DNA from: a virus
Lineage: Duplodnaviria > Caudoviricetes
Reading direction: 5' to 3' (one strand)
Virus record (IMG/VR): IMGVR_UViG_3300027740_000003
Span: 371,005-435,004 of that record
DNA: 64,000 bases
Shown: positions 9,808 through 19,705 of the stretch, piece by piece
Layout: each line of letters opens with the position of its first letter
How positions within the stretch are numbered: the first letter of the stretch is position 1
The notes under the pieces: generated by a model
The model's database searches: none
Told to the model about the DNA's origin: nothing
Seen by the model: only the letters and a program-made list of their open reading frames with translations
Position numbers and translations under genes: made by a program

Positions 9808-10182
9808 TTAAAACCATTTGTCCCACTTTTCATCGCATCCACCATCATAATCTTCCCAATCATCAACATTTGTACCATATTTTTTCAGAGCTTCTAAAAC
9901 TCTTTTTCCTTTTTGTGTCAGCCAATAATAGCTAATTGCCCCGCCATGATCAATTAATCTAATGTGGTCTAAATAATAAGCGAACGCCCACCAATATGAC
10001 ATATGCTCATCTGGAAGATCTTTAGGAAAACTCTTTGTTTCTCCACCCTCTAACCAAATTAGTAATAATTTCGAAACAGAATCCGGATCCCCACATCCAC
10101 AAAAATGTTGGGAAAACCACTCAGACAAATATCCGCTAGGTGGAATTTCTTCTTCATTCATCATTGTATTCTCCTTCGTCAT
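9808..10182 (-). CDS. hypothetical protein
   Basis: 124 aa with CGCGDP motif. Confidence 0.6.
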   Translation of the reverse strand: MTKENTMMNEEEIPPSGYLSEWFSQHFCGCGDPDSVSKLLLIWLEGGETKSFPKDLPDEHMSYWWAFAYYLDHIRLIDHGGAISYYWLTQKGKRVLEALKKYGTNVDDWEDYDGGCDEKWDKWF

Positions 10183-10369
10183 TGGTAAACATTGATATTA
10201 TAATCTCTGGTTTAATACCTTTTAGAGAATTATCATCTGAAAATTTTTCCACGAGAGGCCCTAAAACTTTTGCTAATATAGATCCTGTTGGAAAGATAAC
10301 CTTCTCAATTTCCTTCTTATCTTCCTCAGAAGCCGTTTTCAGCCACTCTAATACATCATACAACTCCAT
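10154..10369 (-). CDS. hypothetical protein
   Basis: 71 aa, starts 9 nt after the -10 box of a predicted promoter. Confidence 0.6.
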   Translation of the reverse strand: MELYDVLEWLKTASEEDKKEIEKVIFPTGSILAKVLGPLVEKFSDDNSLKGIKPEIIISMFTNDEGEYNDE

Positions 10370-10378
10370 AGCTGTACC

Positions 10379-10407
10379 AATCTAATCATCTACACGGCCT
10401 CTGTCAA
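10379..10407 (-). promoter_or_regulatory. sigma70-type promoter
   Basis: TTGACA-N17-TAGATT; the -35 TGA is the stop codon of the HNH gene. Confidence 0.7.
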
Positions 10408-10910
10408 GCCTGGCCCAAATAGACCTGCCACTCGGGATGAATATCATTAATCAAATATAACTCGCCTGCCAAATCAGAATTTGGCACCGTAGGCTGTTTT
10501 AATATTTTCATTCCTGCTTGCTCTGGAGTTCTATCTCCTTTTTTGCTATTACATGAATAACAAGAACAAACACAGTTCTGCCAACTTAAATGTCCTCCCT
10601 GGCTTTTTGGGAGAATATGATCTATTGTTAACTCACTTGTTTTAAACTGCCCCCCGCAATACATACATATAAATCTATCTCTTTTAAATAGACCAATTCT
10701 GTTAAATCTGCTCTTTTTTGGGATCCACTTAACATAATATAACAAACGAACTATTGCTGGGAAATTAATTTCTCCACTTCCCCAGCGTAGTATTTCGTTG
10801 TCCCAACTTGATACTATCTCTACTTTTTTCTTAAAAAATAGCCTTATTGCTCTTCTTTCATTAAGAAAAGCAATTGGTTGATATGTTGAATTTAATAGAA
10901 GGACTTTCAC
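10404..10910 (-). CDS. HNH endonuclease (McrA-like)
   Basis: CMYCG, TIDHILPKSQGG, NCVCSCYSCNSKKGDRTP. Confidence 0.92.
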   Translation of the reverse strand: MKVLLLNSTYQPIAFLNERRAIRLFFKKKVEIVSSWDNEILRWGSGEINFPAIVRLLYYVKWIPKKSRFNRIGLFKRDRFICMYCGGQFKTSELTIDHILPKSQGGHLSWQNCVCSCYSCNSKKGDRTPEQAGMKILKQPTVPNSDLAGELYLINDIHPEWQVYLGQA

Positions 10911-10925
10911 TGAACTAGGTTCTTT

Positions 10926-11717
10926 CTATGCTTTTCCGTCAATTTTATTTTTAAGAGCTGACCATTGTTCCATACTTAAAAGAGTAATGTCTGCTTCTGG
11001 ATACTTACTAAATACCTCAAGATATTTTGTTGGAGACTTTGTATATTCTATAGGAAGCTTTCCTGTATCAATATGACCAATAATTTTTTGAATTGTATTT
11101 AGTGTATTTGCAACTGATTGTCTCATTGCAACTTCTTCTTGAGGATTACGTGGATTCCTCTTGAATAGAGAAATTAATTCTTTTCTCTGTGAATAAGCAA
11201 ATAATCTACGATAAAGCTGTGTAAAATAATTCTGTAATCCGGTTTTTAATTCAATTGTCAAAGTAATTGCATTTGATGCATTTTGTGTAGCAGTAGGTTG
11301 TGCAAACGTTGAAGCTGGCTTTGGAGCCTCTTCAGGTTCCGGAGTAGTTTTCGGCTTCGCAGCGGGTTTGTCAAGATACTGAACCATAGCTTGTGCAGAA
11401 GGGCCCTCTGTATCTGCTGAGTTTATATTTTTAGTCAATTCTTTCCATGATTTATATGATTCTACATAATCAAGAGTATCTGTTCTTGCCGCAGCAATTC
11501 CTCTTTTATACGCTTCTTGATTAAATCCTTCCGGCAAAATATTTTTTAGTGGTGGAACTCCAACTGTTGCCGCATGATATCCTAAATAAAACGAATTCCA
11601 TGGTTCTCTAGTAAGTTCTGCTGATTTTGCGGCCTTTGCCTCTTCTTCGGCCGAAAGCTGAGCTTGTTTTATCATCCCACGATAAATTGTCTTGAAAATA
11701 TAATCTAGTTTGTCCAT
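10926..11717 (-). CDS. hypothetical protein, possibly virion-associated
   Basis: 263 aa; N-terminal IKQAQ motif and a Pro/Ala-rich linker. Confidence 0.65.
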   Translation of the reverse strand: MDKLDYIFKTIYRGMIKQAQLSAEEEAKAAKSAELTREPWNSFYLGYHAATVGVPPLKNILPEGFNQEAYKRGIAAARTDTLDYVESYKSWKELTKNINSADTEGPSAQAMVQYLDKPAAKPKTTPEPEEAPKPASTFAQPTATQNASNAITLTIELKTGLQNYFTQLYRRLFAYSQRKELISLFKRNPRNPQEEVAMRQSVANTLNTIQKIIGHIDTGKLPIEYTKSPTKYLEVFSKYPEADITLLSMEQWSALKNKIDGKA

Positions 11718-11738
11718 AACCGAATGTCCAAAAAGTAG

Positions 11739-12434
11739 TTATTGATTTTTAAATTTTTCTAAAGCTTCCCTTATATCTAGCCCATCAATATCATTTCCTA
11801 AAACTTCCCATCCTTTTCTAGGTCTTCTACCAAATAATTCAAGCTTTACTATACTTTCGCCCGGAAACATAATATCTAACCTGTCTTGCAACTCCTCCGG
11901 CTTTTGTGAGTGTTTTGATAAAGCGGGTCCAATATATACAGATCTTTGAGAACGATTCTTTAATAATTTCGTATACTTACCTTTGGTTGCAACCAAAGCA
12001 ATCTCATGAGTTTGTCGGAAACAATGTCCCATAAAGAAATTTAAAACATCGCTAATATCAAATTCCTCTATTTTTTCTGAAATAAGTTTTTTAAAATCGT
12101 TCTTATCTTCTTTTTTTAGAATTTTATATATGTCTTTTCCTAGGTTAACCAATGGATTTTGTTTAGTTTTTACCCAAATAAAAGTTTGAGAAACAGTAAA
12201 TCCCCATTTATTACAGCATTCTATACCAACTTCAATTTTAGAAGAAGGAACCCATAATACAAGTACACACTCAGACGCACACACGCCTGGAACATCTAGA
12301 TTTATAATATCTTTATCCGTCATTACGGAATAATTACTTTCAGCTCCCCTTTTTGTTGCGGACATAAGGAGACGGTCCGAAAAACTCCACGCAGGATCAC
12401 AAGCAATTACGTTAGCTTTCACCAAAATCTCCAC
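11739..12434 (-). CDS. MT-A70-family adenine methyltransferase
   Basis: CDPAWSF (DPPW variant), HSQKPEE, LELFGR. Confidence 0.88.
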   Translation of the reverse strand: MEILVKANVIACDPAWSFSDRLLMSATKRGAESNYSVMTDKDIINLDVPGVCASECVLVLWVPSSKIEVGIECCNKWGFTVSQTFIWVKTKQNPLVNLGKDIYKILKKEDKNDFKKLISEKIEEFDISDVLNFFMGHCFRQTHEIALVATKGKYTKLLKNRSQRSVYIGPALSKHSQKPEELQDRLDIMFPGESIVKLELFGRRPRKGWEVLGNDIDGLDIREALEKFKNQ

Positions 12435-12697
12435 CAGGGCTTTTTAAACTCTACCCCTGTATTTCCCTCAATTGGTCTAAGATCAATTAATCTTCTTGAT
12501 AACCTGCCTAATAAATTATTTAAAACAAACATGTGATATTTTTCCGGCAAAGAATCAAATTGATCGGCATTTAATAGAATATCACATTTCCATTCTGAAC
12601 CATCTTCCAAAATAACAGTTAACACATCAGTTATTTTAAAACAGTCAGTTTTAATAGTCATCCCCCCGTTTGTAGTAAAACTTATACCGCTACTCAT
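12419..12697 (-). CDS. hypothetical protein
   Basis: Start refined to ATG 12697; ends KKPWWRFW. Confidence 0.6.
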   Translation of the reverse strand: MSSGISFTTNGGMTIKTDCFKITDVLTVILEDGSEWKCDILLNADQFDSLPEKYHMFVLNNLLGRLSRRLIDLRPIEGNTGVEFKKPWWRFW

Positions 12698-13142
12698 CTT
12701 CTTTCTCTCCAAGAATATCAATCAAGGCCTCTATTTTTGTTTGCAATAAATCAATATAAACAACTTTTGATTTTGCCACCAATTCCTCTTTGCTCTCAAT
12801 TGCTTCCAGGGCCTTTTTTCTCAACTCTCCTGCTTGCAACACATCTCTAAACTGGGTTTTCTTCACTCGACCGAATTTTTCTACATCAATCAAATCCCTT
12901 ATCGACTCAATTGATAAATCTTGAATCGTTCCCTCATTCATCTTTATGTTCTTTGCAGCTGTTAAATAATTATTCGACAACCTACTAACTTCATCATTAG
13001 CCCGGTTCACCTCAGAAATTATTCCGTCATGTTCTGCTAGTTTCTTATTAACCTCCGGATGTTCATCAATCCTTTGTAAGGTATCTTTGAATTTTTCTCT
13101 AGCACGACGTTTTATCCACGGATTTTTTCTAGGTTTCTTCAT
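12690..13142 (-). CDS. hypothetical coiled-coil protein
   Basis: 150 aa, helical and charged. Confidence 0.6.
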   Translation of the reverse strand: MKKPRKNPWIKRRAREKFKDTLQRIDEHPEVNKKLAEHDGIISEVNRANDEVSRLSNNYLTAAKNIKMNEGTIQDLSIESIRDLIDVEKFGRVKKTQFRDVLQAGELRKKALEAIESKEELVAKSKVVYIDLLQTKIEALIDILGEKEDE

Positions 13143-13537
13143 CTTAGAATAATTTTATATCCTTCTTTCTCTAAATAACTCGATAACATAGGTCTAATTG
13201 ATGTATATCCGTATCTTTCCCAGGTCAAAAATGTATCTCCATCCTGGAAAGGAAGAATGTCTTGAACAGTCTTTTCTTGTTTTGTAGCAGATTCCTTTAT
13301 CTCATAAAAGAAATCATCCAATTGTTTTTTGTAGTTGGAAACAAAGAAATCGGACGCCTTCTTTTGATCTTCCAATTGCAATCGGCGATATTCGTCAGTA
13401 ATTTCTTGCAAGGGAACAAATGGTTTAAATGCGCCATCTATTTTTGTTTCGTCTGGCTTTGAAGTAGCTATAGCTATCTTTTTTCCAGATCCGTGGTTCT
13501 GAGTTTCTCGATATGATGCAAAATATAGTGTTGTCAT
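13139..13537 (-). CDS. hypothetical protein (DUF488-like?)
   Basis: LYFASY...IAIATSKP weakly resembles DUF488-type proteins. Confidence 0.45.
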   Translation of the reverse strand: MTTLYFASYRETQNHGSGKKIAIATSKPDETKIDGAFKPFVPLQEITDEYRRLQLEDQKKASDFFVSNYKKQLDDFFYEIKESATKQEKTVQDILPFQDGDTFLTWERYGYTSIRPMLSSYLEKEGYKIILR

Positions 13538-14136
13538 TTTACCTGTATTGGGTTTAAATTGATTGTTTCGCCACCGTTTTCTGGAACAACAATATTCATT
13601 TCAGCACTAACTGTCGGTATGCCAGCTGAGCCCTTTTTAAATACTTTTACAATATAGTTTCCGGGAGGTAAGGCTCCAAACCATTTGCCTGCCGTATTCG
13701 TTTTTTTATTATCCATTAGGACCAAACTATTACTTCCAGGAGACATTGTGAATATTTCTACTTTAGCAGAAGGGACAGCTTGCCCATTTGAAAAACATAC
13801 CTTCTGTTGAACGGTAGTATTGCCAGCTGGAGATTGAACATATCTCAAATCTCTCCTCTTTCCTTTTGGCAAATCATCCTCTGTTGCTTGTAGAAACTCA
13901 TATTCCTCTTCCTTAACCGCAGGAACAAACTGTGCATTTCCCAAATTAACACCCGATTTTATTCCAGGCATCTGAGATTGAACAGGTTTTGGAGGAGCAA
14001 TTGATGCTGTAGGTTTTTCTAATTTGGATATTCTGTTAGCAAGATTTTTTAATAAAGAATCATTGTTCCTAAGGTGTCCAAGAACCTCGTCCAATTTAGA
14101 TTCAATATCTAACAATATTTCTGACGCTTTTCTCAT
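13534..14136 (-). CDS. protein with C-terminal carboxypeptidase-regulatory-like beta-sandwich
   Basis: VPSAKVEIF...TNTAGKW...LPPGNYIVKV; start refined to ATG 14136. Confidence 0.55.
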   Translation of the reverse strand: MRKASEILLDIESKLDEVLGHLRNNDSLLKNLANRISKLEKPTASIAPPKPVQSQMPGIKSGVNLGNAQFVPAVKEEEYEFLQATEDDLPKGKRRDLRYVQSPAGNTTVQQKVCFSNGQAVPSAKVEIFTMSPGSNSLVLMDNKKTNTAGKWFGALPPGNYIVKVFKKGSAGIPTVSAEMNIVVPENGGETINLNPIQVK

Positions 14137-14310
14137 ATTAATATATCGTCTCGATTTACAAGGCATCGAGCTGCCTTTGTAGCTTCTATTATCGCGCCGG
14201 TTGGAAACGATCTAGTCCTGTCTCTAATTATTTTAATCACACCTGATACAATTTAATAAACCGATTTTGTATCAACTGAATTAGTAATTGGTCTGTTAGA
14301 TATATTTTTA

Positions 14311-14958
14311 TTACCCCTCATCTACCAACAATCCATATTTTAAATTAACCCTCTTTAACAAAAGAAATTCAGAAACATCAGCTTCTTCGCTATTTTCTAA
14401 TAGCTCTACTAACGTTTCCACAACTTTCTTTTTACTTCCAGCTACTACAACACTTTCCTCATGAAGCAGTATATATTCCCCAATATTAACCTGAGAAAAA
14501 GAAAATTCTTCATCGTCTTCTAGTGCCTGTTGGGCAGGAGTTAATGGTGGAGAAAAAACCTCCTCAACTTCAATTGGTTCATTATAAACTTTTTTCCCTG
14601 TTATTACCTGATCTTTTGTCCAAACAAGGTCTTCATTCTGCCCAACAGATAAAGCTCTTTCTCGCTTTATTTCCATTGAAGCATCTTCTAAAACATCTGT
14701 TCCAAGAACCTCTTCTAATTCCTCTTTGGAAATCTTGCCATTCCTATAATCTTTAACAAAAGAAATTAAAGCCTGGTTCCTTTGTTTATTTGTGTCTTCT
14801 TTTTTTATAAGCTTATTATATTTCTCAAAATCAGCCGGGTCAGATTCTCTGACCTGTGCCGGAGTTATCCCTAGACGTTTATACTCAGGCGTGTATGCCT
14901 TCTTTTGAACATCTTGAACCACCCTTCGCCTATTATTTTTAATAAAGATTTCGCTCAT
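14311..14958 (-). CDS. hypothetical protein
   Basis: 215 aa with GGAG SD upstream. Confidence 0.7.
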   Translation of the reverse strand: MSEIFIKNNRRRVVQDVQKKAYTPEYKRLGITPAQVRESDPADFEKYNKLIKKEDTNKQRNQALISFVKDYRNGKISKEELEEVLGTDVLEDASMEIKRERALSVGQNEDLVWTKDQVITGKKVYNEPIEVEEVFSPPLTPAQQALEDDEEFSFSQVNIGEYILLHEESVVVAGSKKKVVETLVELLENSEEADVSEFLLLKRVNLKYGLLVDEG

Positions 14959-14961
14959 AAT

Positions 14962-15258
14962 TTATTCTCCACGACCCTGTTGTCTACGTTCCTGCTTCTT
15001 CTTCATTCTCTTTCCCCATTCACCAGATTGAACGAGTCTCATTTTATATTCATATGCAAGCCTCTTCTCAGTAGCCTCCCTTGCCTTCCGACGTTTCTTC
15101 ACAGAAGGTTTTTCGTATTGCTGTCTTTCCTTGTATTCAGCAATAACTCCCTCCCTTTGAACTAAATTTTTAAAAGCTTTTGCTGATTGTTCAAAATCAT
15201 CTGGGTTTCTAACTATTACCTGCAATGGTTTAAACTTGTTTAGATAATCATCATTCAT
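14962..15258 (-). CDS. rpsU: ribosomal protein bS21 homologue
   Basis: FEQSAKAFKNLVQREGVIAEYKERQQYEKPSVKKRRK matches the bS21 core (YEKPS signature). Confidence 0.88.
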   Translation of the reverse strand: MNDDYLNKFKPLQVIVRNPDDFEQSAKAFKNLVQREGVIAEYKERQQYEKPSVKKRRKAREATEKRLAYEYKMRLVQSGEWGKRMKKKQERRQQGRGE

Positions 15259-15260
15259 TT

Positions 15261-16580
15261 TTACTCTATTCCTATTTTTGTTTGATTTTCCGAGATAAAG
15301 TCTGAATCAACATTTTTCTTGTCAGATAAAAGTTGCTTCATAGCTTTTTCTATGTCCTTCTTCTGTGGGTTTTCTCTTCCAGAAGATAAAGCATGGAATG
15401 CTGAAGTAATATATAACTCCTTAAGATAAGCATATGAAAACTTTCTTTCGACCGCAATTTTTACAATATAATTCAAATTATTCTGTCTAATAGAATTACC
15501 ATACCATTTTTGAAGATATTTCATTGCCAAATCCTCTGTTGGCAAAGGAAATTCCCATTTTCTATCAAATCGAGACGGTCTGTTAAGAACAGCTCCGCCT
15601 AACCTTGATAAATCATTTGCGGTAGCAACAACCAATATTCCATTCCTAGAATATACCCCATCCATTAAATTCAAAAAATGAGACAGGCTAACATTGCCAT
15701 TCCCCAACAAAGTATCTAAATCCTCAAAATAAAGCAATGCCGGCTCTTGATCTTGCGCATATTCAAATGCATCTGTTATTACTTCGTCATTGGTCTGTTG
15801 GCCAGTCATAACCGTCACTGGCTTGAAATCATAGTTGGAAATAATCGTTTTAATGCAGCTGGACTTACCCAGGCCTACATCACCATACAAAAGCACACCC
15901 CGCTTCCAAGGAATTTGCTTTTTTGCATACATTTCTTTAGCAGAAAGGAACCCTTCTACAGTACCTCTAATCTGGTCTTTAAGATCTTCTGGTAAGAACA
16001 AATCATCCCAAGACATATTCTTCTCATAAGGAATACTCTCAGCACCAACCACATGGATCTCTAAATTGTTCCTATCTCTCTCCGTAAGCCAGTCATCAAA
16101 CGTATTTCTTAATTCAATATACTTTTCATAATCTTTGTCATCCATAATTGCAAAAAAAGACACCTCGTCCTCATTCTGATTTCCTTTATGAAATAAAGCT
16201 GCATGTAGGAACTGTAGCTTCTTATAAGAAATTTTAAATACTCCTTGGGCCATAAAATGTTCATTATGGTTATCACTCCTCCAAGAAGCAACTGAATCTC
16301 GATATAAACACTCTATCTTTACACCTACTTGTTCAGAAAATTCAAAAAAAGCCCCATCCATAACTATTTTATTATGGATCCAACAATGTAATAGACCTAC
16401 ATTGTTAGTTATACTAGTTCCAAAAGTATCTTTGGCCCAATGCATTAACTCAATTAAATTTTGAGTTGGTCTTTGATTAAAGGTCCAGTTATTTTTTGGA
16501 TTTAATAAATCAAGTCTTTTTGCACTAAGATGTTCTTGTAAATCAACCTGCTCTTCAGTTAAATAGTTATTTTCAGCCAT
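15261..16580 (-). CDS. AAA+ ATPase
   Basis: Walker A GDVGLGKS, Walker B LLYFEDLD, SRH NRPSRFD. Confidence 0.9.
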   Translation of the reverse strand: MAENNYLTEEQVDLQEHLSAKRLDLLNPKNNWTFNQRPTQNLIELMHWAKDTFGTSITNNVGLLHCWIHNKIVMDGAFFEFSEQVGVKIECLYRDSVASWRSDNHNEHFMAQGVFKISYKKLQFLHAALFHKGNQNEDEVSFFAIMDDKDYEKYIELRNTFDDWLTERDRNNLEIHVVGAESIPYEKNMSWDDLFLPEDLKDQIRGTVEGFLSAKEMYAKKQIPWKRGVLLYGDVGLGKSSCIKTIISNYDFKPVTVMTGQQTNDEVITDAFEYAQDQEPALLYFEDLDTLLGNGNVSLSHFLNLMDGVYSRNGILVVATANDLSRLGGAVLNRPSRFDRKWEFPLPTEDLAMKYLQKWYGNSIRQNNLNYIVKIAVERKFSYAYLKELYITSAFHALSSGRENPQKKDIEKAMKQLLSDKKNVDSDFISENQTKIGIE

Positions 16581-18768
16581 TTGTCTTTTTCTTAGCCTTC
16601 TTTGTTGTTCTTGCCTTTAATGCCTTTTGAACAGCCCCCGGTTTTTTATTAAATTGTTGTTGCTTCCTTAATGCAGTTGGGTCGTTCCAACCACCCTTAT
16701 CTTCTCCAGGAAGATCCTCGACATGTTTACAATTGTGTTTTTCAAAATACCCCATGCAAGTCAATTTTCTTTGTCCACTAAATACATTAACAAATAACTC
16801 ACATCCACAATCTGGACACTTCTTTCCATATGGCACCTTCCTGTTTCCTTTACATTTAGGATAATTAGAACAATAATAGAATGGTCCAAACTTGCCCGCA
16901 CTATTCAAAAACATGCCAGCGCCACACTTGGGACAACTAACTCCATCTACTACTTTTCTTTCTTCCTTTGCTTTAATTATATATTTCCCATCAATTAACT
17001 CAACCGCATGGGAACCTTTACAATCAGGCCTTTTTACACATGCAACATAAAACCCATACGGACCATGCTTTAATACAGTCTTCTCACCACATTTCGGACA
17101 CGGTATTCCTATATCTTCACCCGATAATGCAGACGCTTTCTTGCACTCCTTCTGGAATGGAATAAAAAATTCATCTAAAGCCTTTACATATCCTAACTTT
17201 CCTTCAGCAATTTTATCTAATTGCTCTTCCATATTGGCCGTATATTGATAATCCATAAAGGTAAAATTATCCTTTAACTTGGCTATCACCTTTTTCCCTA
17301 AATCCGTAGCATGATAAGTCTTATTCTTTATCTCTACATAATCTCTGCCTTTTATTGTTTCTATAATTGTTGCATATGTAGAGGGCCGGCCTATTCCACG
17401 TTTTTCTAATTCATTTACTAGAGTGGCTTCACCATACCTGTTTGGTGGTTGGGTGAACTTTTGTTCAGCTACTATTTTTGGATCTACCAGATGCAAATTA
17501 TCTTTAGCATCCAAAGATGGAAGCATTTCATCTGCACCATCTTCTTTCTTCAAATCCCCGGCAACCGACAGCCAACCCTCATATTTCAAAGATCTTCCAT
17601 TGGCTTTTAGCTCATGGCCCGAAGAGGATTTAATAACCACAGACATTGTGTCATAGACAGCAGGTTCCATCTGAGAGGCCACGAAACGCTCCCAGATTAG
17701 CCTGTAAAGCTTTTTATGGTCATCGTCGAGGAATACTGCATCCGGCTTCTTAAACACGTCTGAGGGCCGTATAGCCTCATGTGCATCCTGTGCTGAATCT
17801 TTTGATTTATAAAAATTAGCCGTTTTTGGCAAAGACATATTATTTTTCTGAAGAAAATCCCTAACGGAAGTTATTGCTTCCGGAGATATTCTTACCGAAT
17901 CGGTTCTCATATATGTAATTAATCCAGTCTCATAAAGTGATTGCGCCAATTGCATCGTTTTCTTTACCGGGAATCCGTATCTTCCTGATGCCGATTGTTG
18001 CAATTTAGATGTAGTCAAAGGTGGGTAAGGATTTCTATTCTTTTCTTTTCTTTCAACCGATTCGACAACATATGAATCTGTATCAAGTTGAGACTTAATT
18101 TTATTTGCTTTTTCCTCATTATTAACTTTGCCGGTATATTTTGCAACAAAACTTTCTGTAGTTTTGGCCAAGGTTGCATTTATGTTCCAATATTCTTCTG
18201 GGACGAAGGCTTCTATTTCTAATTCTCGGTCTACGATAAGTCTTGCTGCAACAGACTGGACTCTTCCAGCGGAAAGATTTTGTCCAACCCCTTCTCGTAA
18301 ATAATCAGAGGCAAGGAATCCTACAAGACGATCTACTACACGCCGAGCCTGTTGGGCATCAAAAAGATCTTCGTCGATGTCTCTTGGGTTAGCGACTGCA
18401 TTTTGCAGCACCGTTTTCGTAATTTCATTAAAAGTAATACGTTTTATTGGTTTTCCAGTTGATTCTAAACATGATCTTAAATGCCAAGCAATGCTCTCAC
18501 CTTCCCTATCGGGATCAGAAGCTAATAATATCAATCCAACATCACTGGCCGCATCAATGATTGATTGAATTTTATCTTTTTTATCTGGCATTAATTTATA
18601 TTTGGGCTTATAATCATGTTCAATATCTACGCCTAATCTGCAAGTTTTATCTCCAGTTGCAAGATCTCTAATGTGTCCATAAGAGGCTCTAAGAATATAA
18701 TTAGAGCCCAGATATGAAGATATTTTTTTCATTTTACTGGGAGACTCCACAATTATTAGTGTTTTCAT
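16573..18768 (-). CDS. topA: DNA topoisomerase I (type IA) with C-terminal Zn ribbons
   Basis: TOPRIM IVESP and DPDREGE, SAGRVQS, catalytic ITYMRTDS, GIGRPSTY, three C4 ribbons. Confidence 0.97.
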   Translation of the reverse strand: MKTLIIVESPSKMKKISSYLGSNYILRASYGHIRDLATGDKTCRLGVDIEHDYKPKYKLMPDKKDKIQSIIDAASDVGLILLASDPDREGESIAWHLRSCLESTGKPIKRITFNEITKTVLQNAVANPRDIDEDLFDAQQARRVVDRLVGFLASDYLREGVGQNLSAGRVQSVAARLIVDRELEIEAFVPEEYWNINATLAKTTESFVAKYTGKVNNEEKANKIKSQLDTDSYVVESVERKEKNRNPYPPLTTSKLQQSASGRYGFPVKKTMQLAQSLYETGLITYMRTDSVRISPEAITSVRDFLQKNNMSLPKTANFYKSKDSAQDAHEAIRPSDVFKKPDAVFLDDDHKKLYRLIWERFVASQMEPAVYDTMSVVIKSSSGHELKANGRSLKYEGWLSVAGDLKKEDGADEMLPSLDAKDNLHLVDPKIVAEQKFTQPPNRYGEATLVNELEKRGIGRPSTYATIIETIKGRDYVEIKNKTYHATDLGKKVIAKLKDNFTFMDYQYTANMEEQLDKIAEGKLGYVKALDEFFIPFQKECKKASALSGEDIGIPCPKCGEKTVLKHGPYGFYVACVKRPDCKGSHAVELIDGKYIIKAKEERKVVDGVSCPKCGAGMFLNSAGKFGPFYYCSNYPKCKGNRKVPYGKKCPDCGCELFVNVFSGQRKLTCMGYFEKHNCKHVEDLPGEDKGGWNDPTALRKQQQFNKKPGAVQKALKARTTKKAKKKTNG

Positions 18769-19537
18769 CTATTATTTCTCGATTTCCTTTTAAAAGGTTT
18801 TCTTTGGCTGATAGGGGGCGAAGGTTCTCTAAAGCCCAACATTTCTTAAAATTTTCATCTTCCATTGATGTATATATCAATTTAGATTGCGGAATTATAT
18901 GATCAATTTGCCAAGTCCAAGTTGTTGAATTATTATCGTCCCATGTAGCCACGCGATATATTCCATAATTTGACCAATTCATCCACGGTTCAAATTGTTT
19001 TTCTAAATGTTCTTTAAGTTCTATTGGTGTATATGGCAAATGTTTAAAAGACGAACCGCCATTTTTAGAAGATCCAGCTCTATGCAAAGCTTCCAGAATC
19101 ATATGAGAAATACCGTGTCTCATTATTAATTCTGGTTTTGATTTAATCCAATTACGTTGTTTTTTATTAATTTTTTTTCTATTTTTCTGTGAATAAATTC
19201 TGTCTTGCCGTTTTTTCTTTATTTTATTTTCTGGTTTTGAATAATGTTTTTGTTTTTCAATTTTTATTTTATCTGGATGTTTTTCTCTATATTTTCTTTT
19301 TGATTTTAGAACTTTGTCTCTATTTTTTGATCTCCAGTTCTGTTTCCTTTGGCGATCTAATTCTTTGTGTGAATTTTTGTATTTTTTATCAATTTGTTTA
19401 GAAACTTCTTTTCTACATTCTATACAATATAAAAGTCTAATATCTGAAGATCTCCAAAAATCCTCTGTTAAAGGAAGAAATTTATGACAACGTTTACATT
19501 CTTTATTTACTTTCTCGTCCCAATTCTTGCATACCAT
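18734..19537 (-). CDS. HNH endonuclease, probable free-standing homing endonuclease
   Basis: N-terminal CKRC/CIEC, basic helical repeats, WQIDHIIPQS...LENLRPLSAKENLLKGN. Confidence 0.8.
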   Translation of the reverse strand: MVCKNWDEKVNKECKRCHKFLPLTEDFWRSSDIRLLYCIECRKEVSKQIDKKYKNSHKELDRQRKQNWRSKNRDKVLKSKRKYREKHPDKIKIEKQKHYSKPENKIKKKRQDRIYSQKNRKKINKKQRNWIKSKPELIMRHGISHMILEALHRAGSSKNGGSSFKHLPYTPIELKEHLEKQFEPWMNWSNYGIYRVATWDDNNSTTWTWQIDHIIPQSKLIYTSMEDENFKKCWALENLRPLSAKENLLKGNREIIDENTNNCGVSQ

Positions 19538-19691
19538 TAATATCACCCAATAATTCGTCTGCAAGGATATCAGTTATCTGAGCATAAGCCCTCGATAACA
19601 ATTCTCTTTTCTCTATTGATTCTTCGGAACCCATTTTACTTTTGCATTCCTCCGCTGCCTCTACTAGCATTTCCATCGTGAATCTTTTCAT
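19503..19691 (-). CDS. hypothetical protein
   Basis: 62 aa. Confidence 0.5.
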   Translation of the reverse strand: MKRFTMEMLVEAAEECKSKMGSEESIEKRELLSRAYAQITDILADELLGDINGMQELGRESK

Positions 19692-19705
19692 AAGATTATG
19701 CCTTT

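Noticed and set aside
10908-10928. Alternative genetic code (TAG or TAA read-through), e.g. the TAG of 10926-11717 is in frame with the HNH gene
   Set aside because: Long conserved genes such as topA, the ligase and the AAA+ ATPases are complete under code 11, and TAA, TGA and TAG each end genes at coupled junctions (TAG at 4184, 12690). The in-frame match has a one-in-three chance.
14962-15258. Bacteroidota host inferred from bS21
   Set aside because: The promoters are canonical TTGACA-N17 types rather than Bacteroidota TTTG/TAnnTTTG types, so the host is left unassigned.
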